NCBI GenBank assembly: GCA_041572575.1
Contig: JBFFSH010000026.1
Span: 1 to 31,965, forward strand
Length of the DNA stretch: 31,965 bases
Origin: Thermodesulfobacteriota bacterium
Lineage (GTDB): Bacteria; Desulfobacterota_D; UBA1144; Nemesobacterales; N074bin48
Reading direction: 5' to 3'
Shown: positions 9,686 to 18,495 of the stretch, piece after piece
How positions within the stretch are numbered: position 1 is the stretch's first letter
Layout of the letters: each line of letters begins with the position of its first letter
Notes under the pieces: model-generated
What the model was told of the DNA's origin: nothing
Seen by the model: the letters and a program-made list of their open reading frames with translations, nothing else
Database searches by the model: none
Made by a program: the position numbers and the translations under genes

Positions 9686-10495
9686 ATGAAGATACGAGTC
9701 GGCTACGAACTAATCTACGACTGTCCACAGCCAACACCTATGATACTGACTTTACACATCCATTATACGCGTGCTTCCGATATCATCGTTGCCGATCATC
9801 TCATCACCAAACCGTCCATCCCAATCACTGCCTATCGTGATTCTTTCGGCAACTGGTGCAGCAGGATTGTTGCACCGAAAGGCGAGATAAGTCTTTCAGC
9901 CGATGCGGTCGTGAACGATACTGGTAAGCCGGATGTGGTCGCTGCCTCGGCTCATCAAAATCCGGTGCAAGCTCTTCCCGAGGAGACGCTGATATTTCTT
10001 TTGGGAAGTCGGTATTGTGAAACCGATCTGTTGTCCGAGGTGGCTTGGGACCTATTCGACAAATCGCCTACCGGTTGGGAACGCGTCCTGGCCATCTGCA
10101 ATTTCGTCCATCAACATATCGCCTTTGGTTACGAGCATGCCCGCGCCACGAAGACAGCCTGGGAAGCTTTCAATGAGCAAACCGGTGTTTGCCGTGATTA
10201 CACGCATCTTGCCATCACATTATGTCGTTGCATGAATATTCCTGCACGCTACTGCACTGGATATTTGAGCGAAATCGGCGTACCGCCGCCATACGGTCCT
10301 GGGGATTTCGCTTCGTGGTTTGAAGCATACCTTGGAAGTAATTGGTATACCTTTGATGCTCGGTTCAACGTCCCACGTATTGGCCGAGTGCTTATTGCAC
10401 GAGGTCGCGATGCTGCTGATGTCGCGATCAGCAACACGTTCGGCCCCACCACGCTGAAAAGTTTTAAGGTCTGGGCAGATGAGGTGAGTAAATGA
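9686..10495 (+). CDS. Transglutaminase-like family protein
   Basis: YRDSFGN, FLLGSRYCETD, GVCRDYTH, PARYCTGYL, WYTFDAR; AAGGAG SD; visibly more GC-rich than the flanks. Confidence 0.93.
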   Translation: MKIRVGYELIYDCPQPTPMILTLHIHYTRASDIIVADHLITKPSIPITAYRDSFGNWCSRIVAPKGEISLSADAVVNDTGKPDVVAASAHQNPVQALPEETLIFLLGSRYCETDLLSEVAWDLFDKSPTGWERVLAICNFVHQHIAFGYEHARATKTAWEAFNEQTGVCRDYTHLAITLCRCMNIPARYCTGYLSEIGVPPPYGPGDFASWFEAYLGSNWYTFDARFNVPRIGRVLIARGRDAADVAISNTFGPTTLKSFKVWADEVSK

Positions 10496-10539
10496 AATAA
10501 ACCCGCCATAAACAACATATCAGGGGGGGGGTTCAAGGG
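10495..10539. repeat. R1 direct repeat, copy B
   Basis: 39/45 identical to 9101-9145; begins at the last base of the transglutaminase stop codon. Confidence 0.85.
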
Positions 10540-10563
10540 GTTTGAGTATATAGGCACTAAATT

Positions 10564-10803
10564 TGTCATCTCGAACCACAAACTTTATTGTCAAGATAAA
10601 GTTTGGCTGTATATGATCGAAGTCTGTAATTTGATAGTTTAAAAACAACTGTCTGAATTCAAATTAGGAGAGATCTGCTTTTAATCAAACGCATTGAGCC
10701 TGGTCGAAATGCGGGCATGGTAAAAACTAACCACAACTGTCATTCCAGCGGATATTACCGTTAAGGTGATATTAGCCTTCCTTAAACAAGTGTGACGATC
10801 TCG
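10564..10803. repeat. Degenerate or interrupted GTCAT-tagged REP-like elements with internal hairpins
   Basis: TGTCATCTCGAACC...AGGAGAGATCT, GGTCGAAATG, TGTCATTCC...GACGATCTCG; hairpin CAAACTTTAT/ATAAAGTTTG at 10579-10605. Confidence 0.5.
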
Positions 10804-10858
10804 TTTTTAAAAGTACCAGAATTAATAGCAAGGCATAAATTAGTCTGAAAATCCCAAT

Positions 10859-10933
10859 ATTCCCAAATTCTTACCTTTTCACCCTATACACCTTAAAACA
10901 TGACAATATGACAATTTCAAACAGTTTACACAT
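10859..10933. repeat. R2 repeat, copy B
   Basis: ATTCCCAA-ATTCTTAC...ATGACAAT-ATGACAAT-TT; aligns with 9262-9335. Confidence 0.75.
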
Positions 10934-11041
10934 AACAAAAATTTCCTTCCACTCCTTTGCCTAAGCGAATAAATAGTAGTAAAATCCTGAATCGGTTTTA
11001 AAAAACTTATCAAAAACTAATTTTTGATGGAGGGAAATACA

Positions 11042-11479
11042 GTGAAGTTTTATATAATTATAGCAATATTGAGCATGGTTGCGGTAGGGCAGATTGGGTG
11101 TGATGAGTCCAAAGGGCAGAGCAGCGAAGCAGACAGGTTTTTTCTGGGACTGTGGGAAGGTATTGACCCTCTGGACGGCTCTACCGTGCGTGTTTCAATT
11201 ACCAATTTGGATAAGGATGAAAAAATTGAAATCGCATGGACAGAATCGCTATTTACATTATGCGAAGGAGCAAACGGCTTCATTACTTCTACAGGCACAG
11301 TTGACGAAAACGGCGTGATTAATGCAGACGAAATGCTCATATGTTTTGACAAAGAAGAAACCGCAGAAGGACAGGCAAGTTACACACCCGTAAAAGATGA
11401 TGGGCTAATAATAGTAACGCCTAAGTCAGAACCTGATTTTCCACCGGTGATCCTTCACAGGGTAAGCAGCAGTATGTAG
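11042..11479 (+). CDS. Putative lipoprotein of unknown function
   Basis: GGAGG SD favours the GTG at 11042; signal peptide ends in a QIGC lipobox-like motif; beta-rich body (GLWEGIDPLDGS). Confidence 0.75.
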   Translation: MKFYIIIAILSMVAVGQIGCDESKGQSSEADRFFLGLWEGIDPLDGSTVRVSITNLDKDEKIEIAWTESLFTLCEGANGFITSTGTVDENGVINADEMLICFDKEETAEGQASYTPVKDDGLIIVTPKSEPDFPPVILHRVSSSM

Positions 11480-11540
11480 TTTTCTCACAAGCCTTTATTA
11501 TGTTTACAAGAAATTAGTAACTGTATGTTGTATTAAAAAC

Positions 11541-11567
11541 AGATTTTTCGCCAAGCCCGAAATGACA
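11541..11567. repeat. Single REP-like half element
   Basis: AGATTTTTCGCCAAGCCCGAAATGACA; its end is inverted relative to TGTCATCTCGA at 10564. Confidence 0.5.
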
Positions 11568-11582
11568 TATTGAGTCTACGCG

Positions 11583-12266
11583 CTAAATACTTTTCACCCA
11601 AAAATGAATTGGTGACATGTCTACAAAAATCTTATAGGTAAAATCCAGAAGCTTTTCTGAATTAAATTCGGATGGGATTTTGGATTTGTAGTGAAAGCCT
11701 ATGCCTCCGTAGAGCAGGTAATCTGCCAGGGGGTGATCCTTGTCATACCCCCTGGGCACTTTTTTATACTGCACCCAACCAAGCTCATATTCCTTATTTT
11801 TTTTCGTAACACTTTCTATGGCCTTTCGCAGCTCCACTCCCTTCTTTTTATGAACAACTGCATCTCTATAATCTTTAATCATATCCTTTGGAAAGATGTG
11901 CATACCGACACCTAAAAACATGGAGTCTTTATCAAACTGAAAATAGAACCCCGGGTTTTCAAGCTTCTTTGCTGCCCCTTCCCAGAAATAAATCCCCAGA
12001 TGAGTCTTGTACGGAATCTTTTCCTTGCTGAATCTTGTATCACGATGTATCCGAAAGATGGATTTATCAGTACGCGGATCGGCCACAATATCGGGAGCGA
12101 TTTTTGTTAATCTTTCTCCCATATCAGTCACAAACGCCTTTGCAGGGAATAATATTTCATCGTCAAATATATCCCTGTTTGCGCTGAACCAGTCCTTTGT
12201 GTTGTTCTTTTCAAGATCGGCAAAAAACTTTAGTGATTTTTTTGAAAACCCTTCAAATTCAGACAT
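11583..12266 (-). CDS. DUF2461 family protein
   Basis: FFADLEKNNTKDWF, SIFRIHRDTRFSKEKIPYKTH, KKVPRGYDKDHP. Confidence 0.9.
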   Translation of the reverse strand: MSEFEGFSKKSLKFFADLEKNNTKDWFSANRDIFDDEILFPAKAFVTDMGERLTKIAPDIVADPRTDKSIFRIHRDTRFSKEKIPYKTHLGIYFWEGAAKKLENPGFYFQFDKDSMFLGVGMHIFPKDMIKDYRDAVVHKKKGVELRKAIESVTKKNKEYELGWVQYKKVPRGYDKDHPLADYLLYGGIGFHYKSKIPSEFNSEKLLDFTYKIFVDMSPIHFWVKSI

Positions 12267-12281
12267 ACGCTCTGCCCCTTA

Positions 12282-12659
12282 TTAAGACATACTGTGAAGA
12301 CCTACCTTGTTGCCCTCAGAGTCAATGAATATTCCAAAGTAGCCATACTCATCGCTAATCTTGGTTTTTTCTGTTACAACCTGCCCACCTGCATTGTTTA
12401 CTTTTGAAAGCACATCTGACAAATCGTTGCCACCGCTAAAGTAAACCGTTGTGCCTGTTTTTGACGGCTCGCTGAATTCATTTTGCAGAATTGCTCCACC
12501 GGTTTTGGTATAGTCTTCAGAGAATATAGCCATCTTAGTTCCGTTAAAATCAACTACCTTCAAATCTGCATTGAAAATATCATTATAGAACTTAACAGCC
12601 CTGTCTATATCCTTTGCTGGTATTTCAAACCAGTTAATTACATTGTCTTTAAAACCCAT
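12282..12659 (-). CDS. VOC/glyoxalase family protein
   Basis: WFEIPAKDIDRAVKFY, GYFGIFIDSEGNKVGLHS. Confidence 0.92.
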   Translation of the reverse strand: MGFKDNVINWFEIPAKDIDRAVKFYNDIFNADLKVVDFNGTKMAIFSEDYTKTGGAILQNEFSEPSKTGTTVYFSGGNDLSDVLSKVNNAGGQVVTEKTKISDEYGYFGIFIDSEGNKVGLHSMS

Positions 12660-12713
12660 AGCAAATTCCTCCTATATTATTCATGTATTTGTTTCTAAGA
12701 TTTAAAATAATTA

Positions 12714-13356
12714 TCACATAATCTTTGCAAGTACATCCCTGTAATCCGAATGACACTTTGTATAAAAATCCTGCTTCCTGAGTCCTGTAGTGTACTTATA
12801 TAAATTTTCATATTTGCTGAGATCAATGCCGGATATCTCGGCAGGCTCCAGTATTGAAAGCAGGTTGATATCGGCAATTGTCATTTTATTTCCTGCCAGA
12901 TACTCATTTTTGCCAAGCTCAGCATCAAGCACCGGAAAGTAGCTTGCGAGCATCTTCTCTCCGAATTCACTCGAGCGCTCATCGACGTCAAAACCCTGAG
13001 CAGGGGCGATTACTTTATTGAAGAAGACCCTTACAAGAGAGTTATGCACATGGATATTGCAAAAGTCTATCCACTGATCTAACAAAGCCCTTCTGCGCAG
13101 TTCCTTTGGGTAATACTTGGAGTCGTGCTTATCTGCAAGGTACTTGGAGATTGCGCTGCTCTCAAAAAGGATGAACCCGTCATCGTCCATCACGGGCACC
13201 TTGCCTACCGGGTTTAGACTTAAAAACTCCGCCTTCCCTTTGCTCTCCGTGAAGTAGGTCTACATGCACAAGCTCATATTCCAGACCCATAGCATTTGCA
13301 AGAAACCTCACTTTGTTAACATTGTTTGAAATCTCTGATCCATATATTTTAAGCAT
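12714..13356 (-). pseudogene. Glutathione S-transferase with a 1-nt insertion (pseudogene or sequencing error)
   Basis: The ATG at 13356 gives MLKIYGSEISNNVNKVRFLANAMGLEYELVHVDLLHGEQR; the +1 frame continues KAEFLSLNPVGKVPVMDDDGFILFESSAI; span 643 nt = 3n+1. Confidence 0.88.
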
Positions 13357-13362
13357 TTTTGT

Positions 13363-13824
13363 CTACCCCTGTTCTTTTAGTACTTTTTCGAAATTTTCCA
13401 TCGCAAAATCCCAGCCTTCGGTGTGGTTGTTCTTAAATTCCTCAGTCGTAAAGCCTTCGTGAGTAAGCTTTATTTCGGTCGAGTTATCTCTTGCCAAAAA
13501 CTCCACAGTTACAACCGTCTCTCCCGCTTGGGTAAGAGGCTCGGTTAGCCACTTCCACGTAAACTTAATTTTTTCATTTTTAATAATTTCCAAATATTCG
13601 CCGGTAAGCTCCAGAGCTCCAAACTTCTCTGTAACCATTTGAACATAAAACTGGCCTCCAACAACAGGATTAAACTCGGCTACTCCCGAGTTGCAAAACC
13701 AACCCTTAAGCGCTTCAGGTTCAGTCCAGGCAGAAAATACCTTTTCTACGGGAAATGCGAATTCACGGTTTAGATGAAGCATCCAGTTTGGCATTTCGGC
13801 CTGTTTTTGCGCTGACTCGGTCAT
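13363..13824 (-). CDS. SRPBCC/AHSA1 (START-like) domain protein
   Basis: PVEKVFSAWTEPEALKGW, TVVTVEF, TEIKLTHEGF, HTEGW. Confidence 0.92.
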   Translation of the reverse strand: MTESAQKQAEMPNWMLHLNREFAFPVEKVFSAWTEPEALKGWFCNSGVAEFNPVVGGQFYVQMVTEKFGALELTGEYLEIIKNEKIKFTWKWLTEPLTQAGETVVTVEFLARDNSTEIKLTHEGFTTEEFKNNHTEGWDFAMENFEKVLKEQG

Positions 13825-14165
13825 TGCTTACCCCTCTTGTCTATTTTCTTTAGATAATCATCCAGTGAATCGAACTGCTGCTCCCAGAACTTCTTATAAT
13901 GGTCCAGCCATTTAGATGCATCATGGAACGGTTTCGAATCCAGTTTTATATTGTGTACCCTGCCGTCTCGGTCTCTGTTAATAAGCCCCGCTCTCTCAAG
14001 TTTCTTTATGTGCTTTGAAACTGCAGGAAGGGACATATTGAATTTAGCCGCCACGGTTGTAATCCTTACAGGCTCTTCCGAAACCATTTCTATAATCTGC
14101 CTTCTTGTGGGATCAGAAAGCGCGCCGAATACAGTATTCAAAGACTCAGAAGTATTGTTAACCAT
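13821..14165 (-). CDS. ArsR/SmtB family transcriptional regulator
   Basis: VFGALSDPTRRQI, MSLPAVSKHIKKLERAGLI, FWEQQFDSL; ATGA overlap with the SRPBCC gene. Confidence 0.94.
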   Translation of the reverse strand: MVNNTSESLNTVFGALSDPTRRQIIEMVSEEPVRITTVAAKFNMSLPAVSKHIKKLERAGLINRDRDGRVHNIKLDSKPFHDASKWLDHYKKFWEQQFDSLDDYLKKIDKRGKQ

Positions 14166-14200
14166 ATGGTTAACTATAAATTATTTACCTCTTTTGTCAA
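14157..14200 (-). promoter_or_regulatory. Sigma70 promoter with an 18-bp palindromic operator over the start codon
   Basis: TTGACA-N16-TATAGT, with the ATG 7 nt after the -10; perfect palindrome GTTAACCATATGGTTAAC at 14157-14174. Confidence 0.8.
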
Positions 14201-14283
14201 ACCTGAATTTGGGATATTATTTAATATAAATCTGAAGGCACAGTATTTGCATTTCGTTTACGTATATTCACAACAACCAGAGA

Positions 14284-14916
14284 ATGCTGATAATTAACGA
14301 TTCACTCAATATCTCATGGCTTGGGCATGGCGGCCTGAGGATCAACTTTAAAGACAAACAAATATTTATTGATCCGTATAAGGTGTCAGAGGGAAGTGCG
14401 GATTTGATTCTTATAACGCACTCTCACTTAAGGCACCTTTCGGTAGAGGATATAAGCAAGCTTAAAAAGGACAACACGATCGTTTGTGTTCCCGGTGATG
14501 CCGGAGAGGTTTATGATGGTGGCAACATAGTGGTTAGACCCGATGTGAGTTTTAACCTCTACGGTATTCCAGTTTATACAACCCCGGCATACAATCTATC
14601 GGCAAAACCCTACCATCCAAAATCAAAGAGTTGGGTGGGTTATATTCTCGATCTGGGAGGCACAAAAATATATCACGCAGGGGATACGGATGATATTCCG
14701 GAGATGAAAAAGCTAAAAGTTGATGTTGCGTTTTTACCTATTAGCGGCAGGTCAGTAATGTCAACAAGAAGAGCTGCCGAAATAGCCAATAAATTCAAAC
14801 CCGGCATTGCTGTTCCCATTCACTGGGACGGCTCGCCAAAATCCATGCAGGATGCGGCATTATTCAAGAAAAATTATAAGGGTGAAACAAAGATTTTGAA
14901 GCCTGAGATCACATAG
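14284..14916 (+). CDS. MBL-fold metallo-hydrolase
   Basis: WLGHG, IDPY, THSHLRH, YHAGDT, PIHW. Confidence 0.9.
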   Translation: MLIINDSLNISWLGHGGLRINFKDKQIFIDPYKVSEGSADLILITHSHLRHLSVEDISKLKKDNTIVCVPGDAGEVYDGGNIVVRPDVSFNLYGIPVYTTPAYNLSAKPYHPKSKSWVGYILDLGGTKIYHAGDTDDIPEMKKLKVDVAFLPISGRSVMSTRRAAEIANKFKPGIAVPIHWDGSPKSMQDAALFKKNYKGETKILKPEIT

Positions 14917-15019
14917 CAGCATGTTTGTGTTGTACTATAATATATTCAACCATCATATTACTTTGACAAAGCTGTATTAAGTTGTAAGACTTGTAATATT
15001 ACTTTTGGAGGCAACAACA

Positions 15020-15370
15020 ATGCTTAAAGACAGACTGGACAGAAAATTTAGTGAAACTGCTGAAGAAGAATGGAATCTTATCAGAGAGAAAATTGGAAAT
15101 GGTATCGAACTTCCACTGCCAGACTCCGGCAGATGGTTCCTAGCTACCATCGATGGAGACAGCATCAAAATTGAAAGCGCTAAGCTAAATGTAAGACCAA
15201 TTGTAATTAATCCTCCTGAAACGATTACTTATGAAGAATTCAAACAAGTAGTAGATGTCTACCCTGACATTTTGAAGGGAGGCGTACAGATGATGAGCGG
15301 CAAGCTCGAGCTCCAAAAGACCATGGCCAATTTCAAGTATATATTTATGCTGATTTATAGTTTGGTTTAG
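15020..15370 (+). CDS. Hypothetical protein
   Basis: GGAGG SD favours the ATG at 15020; no assignable motif. Confidence 0.7.
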   Translation: MLKDRLDRKFSETAEEEWNLIREKIGNGIELPLPDSGRWFLATIDGDSIKIESAKLNVRPIVINPPETITYEEFKQVVDVYPDILKGGVQMMSGKLELQKTMANFKYIFMLIYSLV

Positions 15371-15475
15371 AAACGCAAGTCCAGTCCAGAACATTCAGAT
15401 TTACAGCTAATCATACCGATATTTCCCGCCGAAATAATACGGGACAATCTTGTTGATTCTGATACCGATACACTT

Positions 15476-16129
15476 TCAAGCTTTAGTGGCTGACTGGATA
15501 TCAAAGAGCTTTGACATAGACCTATCATGCATTGGGCCCAAAATAGGAAGCACAATCATAGCGCCTATAAGTGCCAAGACCATATCCCACTGCGCATCCC
15601 ATACATCGCCCTGAGAACCCAGAAACGCTATACCTATATCTGATGCAACTATAAGAGTTACCCACCATTCCAGTAATTCCCAAAAAGCCGCCACGGCAAG
15701 AACAATGCTTATTGTAATAAAGTAAAGCCAGTTATCTCTTTGCAGCGGAGTCCTCCGCAGCAGACCCTCTCTTATGATAAAAGCGGGAAACACACCCAGA
15801 GCAAAATGACCTACACGGTCATAGTGATTGCGGCTGAATCCGAATACTTCCTTCGCCCAGTCACCAAGCGGCGTTTCCGCATAGGTGTAATAGCCGCCAT
15901 ATATAAGGATAAGCATATGGAGAAAAACGAAAAAATATACCATGTGTGACATGGGAAAGCGCCTATGCAACGCAATGAGAACCGTAATACCAATAAGCCC
16001 AGGGCCAACCTCCAGCAGCCAGCTGAACCTTCCCGGCGGAGGGTCATATACAGTCACTATGCACAGCACTGCCACTATACCCAGCAGCAAAAGCGGCATA
16101 TGGAAATAGGAAAATGGGACAGGTCTCAT
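15476..16129 (-). CDS. DUF2238/YjdF-like inner membrane protein
   Basis: WLLE, GGYYTYAETP, RNHYDRVGHF, FLGSQGDVWDAQWDM. Confidence 0.9.
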   Translation of the reverse strand: MRPVPFSYFHMPLLLLGIVAVLCIVTVYDPPPGRFSWLLEVGPGLIGITVLIALHRRFPMSHMVYFFVFLHMLILIYGGYYTYAETPLGDWAKEVFGFSRNHYDRVGHFALGVFPAFIIREGLLRRTPLQRDNWLYFITISIVLAVAAFWELLEWWVTLIVASDIGIAFLGSQGDVWDAQWDMVLALIGAMIVLPILGPMHDRSMSKLFDIQSATKA

Positions 16130-16328
16130 GTAAATATTAATTTAAGCAGATTCATACTTTTTTTTACCCCTACATTTTGTAAACAAAAAACATTATATAT
16201 CCATTATCTTGATTATGGAAATGCATATAGGGTCAGGCTTTGATTATTGGGTTATTTTAAAGTTGCAGATTATTTTAAGTCATGCCATGATGGGAGAAAC
16301 TAAAATTCTTGGTTTTTGGAGTTTTAAT

Positions 16329-16356
16329 GGATTAGGGCCAGAATAGACCCTAATCC
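16329..16356. terminator. Hairpin downstream of hsp20
   Basis: GGATTAGGG...CCCTAATCC stem; weak U-tract. Confidence 0.45.
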
Positions 16357-16411
16357 TTATAAGTTACGTCCTATGCAACTTCCTTTTTTATTTTCAGCGT
16401 CAAATTGCGCT

Positions 16412-16867
16412 TTAACTAACCTTAACGTCTATCTTCTTTGGAGTGGCTTCTTCTTTTTTAGCCACGGTGACTTTAAGCACCCCGTTTTTGTAGCTTGCAT
16501 CGATCTTAGATTGATCTGCAGTGTTTGGCAGCGTAAAAGATCTGCTAAACTTGCCGTAGTTTCTTTCTACCCTGATATAGTTTTCATTTTGAACCTTTTC
16601 ATCAAACTTTTTCTCACCACTTATCGTAAGGCTGCTGTCTCTTACGTCTACATTTATATCCTTCTTATCAAAACCCGGCAGGTCTACCTCAAAAACAAAC
16701 TGCTTTTCGTCCTGAGAAATGTCCACGCTGGGTGTCCAGTCGCTTGTCTCTAAGTCCTGATAACTCTGTGTTGATAACCCTCTAAATGTTTCATCAAATA
16801 AACTATTTACCCTGTCCTGAAGAGAACTAAAATCTCTCCTTGGGTCGACTAATCTTATTCTAGTCAT
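16412..16867 (-). CDS. Hsp20/alpha-crystallin small heat-shock protein
   Basis: WTPSVDI, VDLPG, ERNYGKFSRSFTLP, ASYKNGVLKV; GGAGG SD. Confidence 0.96.
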   Translation of the reverse strand: MTRIRLVDPRRDFSSLQDRVNSLFDETFRGLSTQSYQDLETSDWTPSVDISQDEKQFVFEVDLPGFDKKDINVDVRDSSLTISGEKKFDEKVQNENYIRVERNYGKFSRSFTLPNTADQSKIDASYKNGVLKVTVAKKEEATPKKIDVKVS

Positions 16868-16981
16868 TTCAATTCCCTCCTAAAATTTATTGTTTAAATC
16901 TCTTTATATCCTAAAAAATAATTATGGTTTAAAAGCTGTCAAGATGGGAATTTTTATTTAAAATTGAAAACAGAATAGATA

Positions 16982-17557
16982 TTAGATGTGTCTGTTTACA
17001 CTGTTTTTTAAGTGTAAAAATTGCAGATAGTTTTTATATCCCGCTTCCTTACAAACAGGACACAGTAGCCTGCGTACTGATTTGCTCATCCGATTATTGA
17101 GATAAATCCAAAAGGGTCTTCTTATCCAGCTTTCTATAACTCCATGCACTTTACACTCTAACCAATAATTAAATTTGGGTTTGATCCCATCAAATTCAGG
17201 ACATCGTACGGGCTGAGCCCCTATGGTTATCGCAGCCTCCTTCCATTCTTTTCCATGAGGTTTGATGCTTTTCCACTTATTATCGAACCTGTATTTTTCG
17301 TATACCATGGCATGCGCAACTTCATGCATTAATGTATTTTGAAATCTTTGCAGGCTGTTTACTTCGAGATAATCGAGATTTAGTTCTATAGATTTTTTAA
17401 TATAATTACACTGACCCAACCTGTTTTTCGAAAGTCTTTTTATTTGCAGAATCCATGAGTCAAGAAGGTATGTTTTTGTTAGTACCTTAAAATCGATCCC
17501 CAGTATTTGAGTTTTGTGCTCAATAGAAAACAGAGCATCTTCTGTAAATTTAACCAT
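16982..17557 (-). CDS. SprT-like zinc metalloprotease with C-terminal Zn ribbon
   Basis: RLGQC, TLMHEVAHA, PHGKEWK, CKVH...CPVC. Confidence 0.88.
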   Translation of the reverse strand: MVKFTEDALFSIEHKTQILGIDFKVLTKTYLLDSWILQIKRLSKNRLGQCNYIKKSIELNLDYLEVNSLQRFQNTLMHEVAHAMVYEKYRFDNKWKSIKPHGKEWKEAAITIGAQPVRCPEFDGIKPKFNYWLECKVHGVIESWIRRPFWIYLNNRMSKSVRRLLCPVCKEAGYKNYLQFLHLKNSVNRHI

Positions 17558-17806
17558 TGTTAATTTCTCACTCCCATTTTCAATACAAATATGTCGTTAA
17601 TATCACAGCAAATCAATAGAACTTTTTATGTAATTTGGTATTAGCCAGACTACAACTATACAGCTTAAATCGAGTAACGATCGGACAGTCTCATAATTCC
17701 AGGGACTAAAATATTTTGGATTTATATAAGCCTAAAATACGCTATTCGTATTATTTAATTTTTACGGAAAATCCATATATTAAACAATATATATTTCATT
17801 ATTTTA

Positions 17807-18319
17807 ATGAAATCAAACAAAGATAATACAAATAATAATATTTATATTTCTGACTCTTTTGCAGGCCAAGGGGTATTTGCAGCAAAGAAATTTTATCCCG
17901 GCGACCTTATATTAACTTTCAGTGGTAAGAGAGTTAACAGCGATGATCCTGTTCACATGACAGAACTTGGAGCTAATTTGCTACAAACAGGATACAAAAC
18001 ATACATCATGCCTGAGTCGCCTGCGGTTTTTATTAATCACAGCTGTAGTCCAAATGCAGGAATAATGAAAAACAGAAAATTGATTGCCATAAAGAAGATT
18101 AACGAAAACGAAGAAATTACATTTGATTATTCCACCACGATGGATGAGGATTTATGGACTATGCAGTGTCTGTGCAATGAACCTACATGCAGACATATCA
18201 TATCTGATTTTGATACACTCCCGCAAAGCCTTAAGAATCAATATATTTCATTAAATATAGTTCAGAAATTTATAGCTCATAAGTACAAAAAGCACTACAG
18301 ACAAATGAAGTTTTTATAG
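17807..18319 (+). CDS. SET-domain lysine methyltransferase with post-SET cysteines
   Basis: GQGVFA, FINHSCSPN, EEITFDY, CLCNEPTCR. Confidence 0.93.
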   Translation: MKSNKDNTNNNIYISDSFAGQGVFAAKKFYPGDLILTFSGKRVNSDDPVHMTELGANLLQTGYKTYIMPESPAVFINHSCSPNAGIMKNRKLIAIKKINENEEITFDYSTTMDEDLWTMQCLCNEPTCRHIISDFDTLPQSLKNQYISLNIVQKFIAHKYKKHYRQMKFL

Positions 18320-18495
18320 AACCACAATTATTTTTAATGCTGAATTGGCTTTGAAATATTGAAGATTCTACCACCAGCACCGGGGATAAACCTGCATAAT
18401 AAAATTATCTATTGAAAACCAGAGAATATTGATAATATATATTACACCGAATTATTATTTATAAATAATAATTTGAGTATATTATTGATATTAAA

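Noticed and set aside
9101..10933. CRISPR array or integron attC reading of the repeats
   Set aside because: Only two copies about 1.4-1.6 kb apart; no regular spacers, cas or intI genes; no RYYYAAC/GTTRRRY ends
13230..13245. Programmed ribosomal frameshift in the GST
   Set aside because: A +1 shift is needed, and the A_AAG_GGA heptamer is not in the reading frame required for -1 slippage
16868..16981. CIRCE or ROSE element upstream of hsp20
   Set aside because: No TTAGCACTC-N9-GAGTGCTAA and no SD-occluding stem evident
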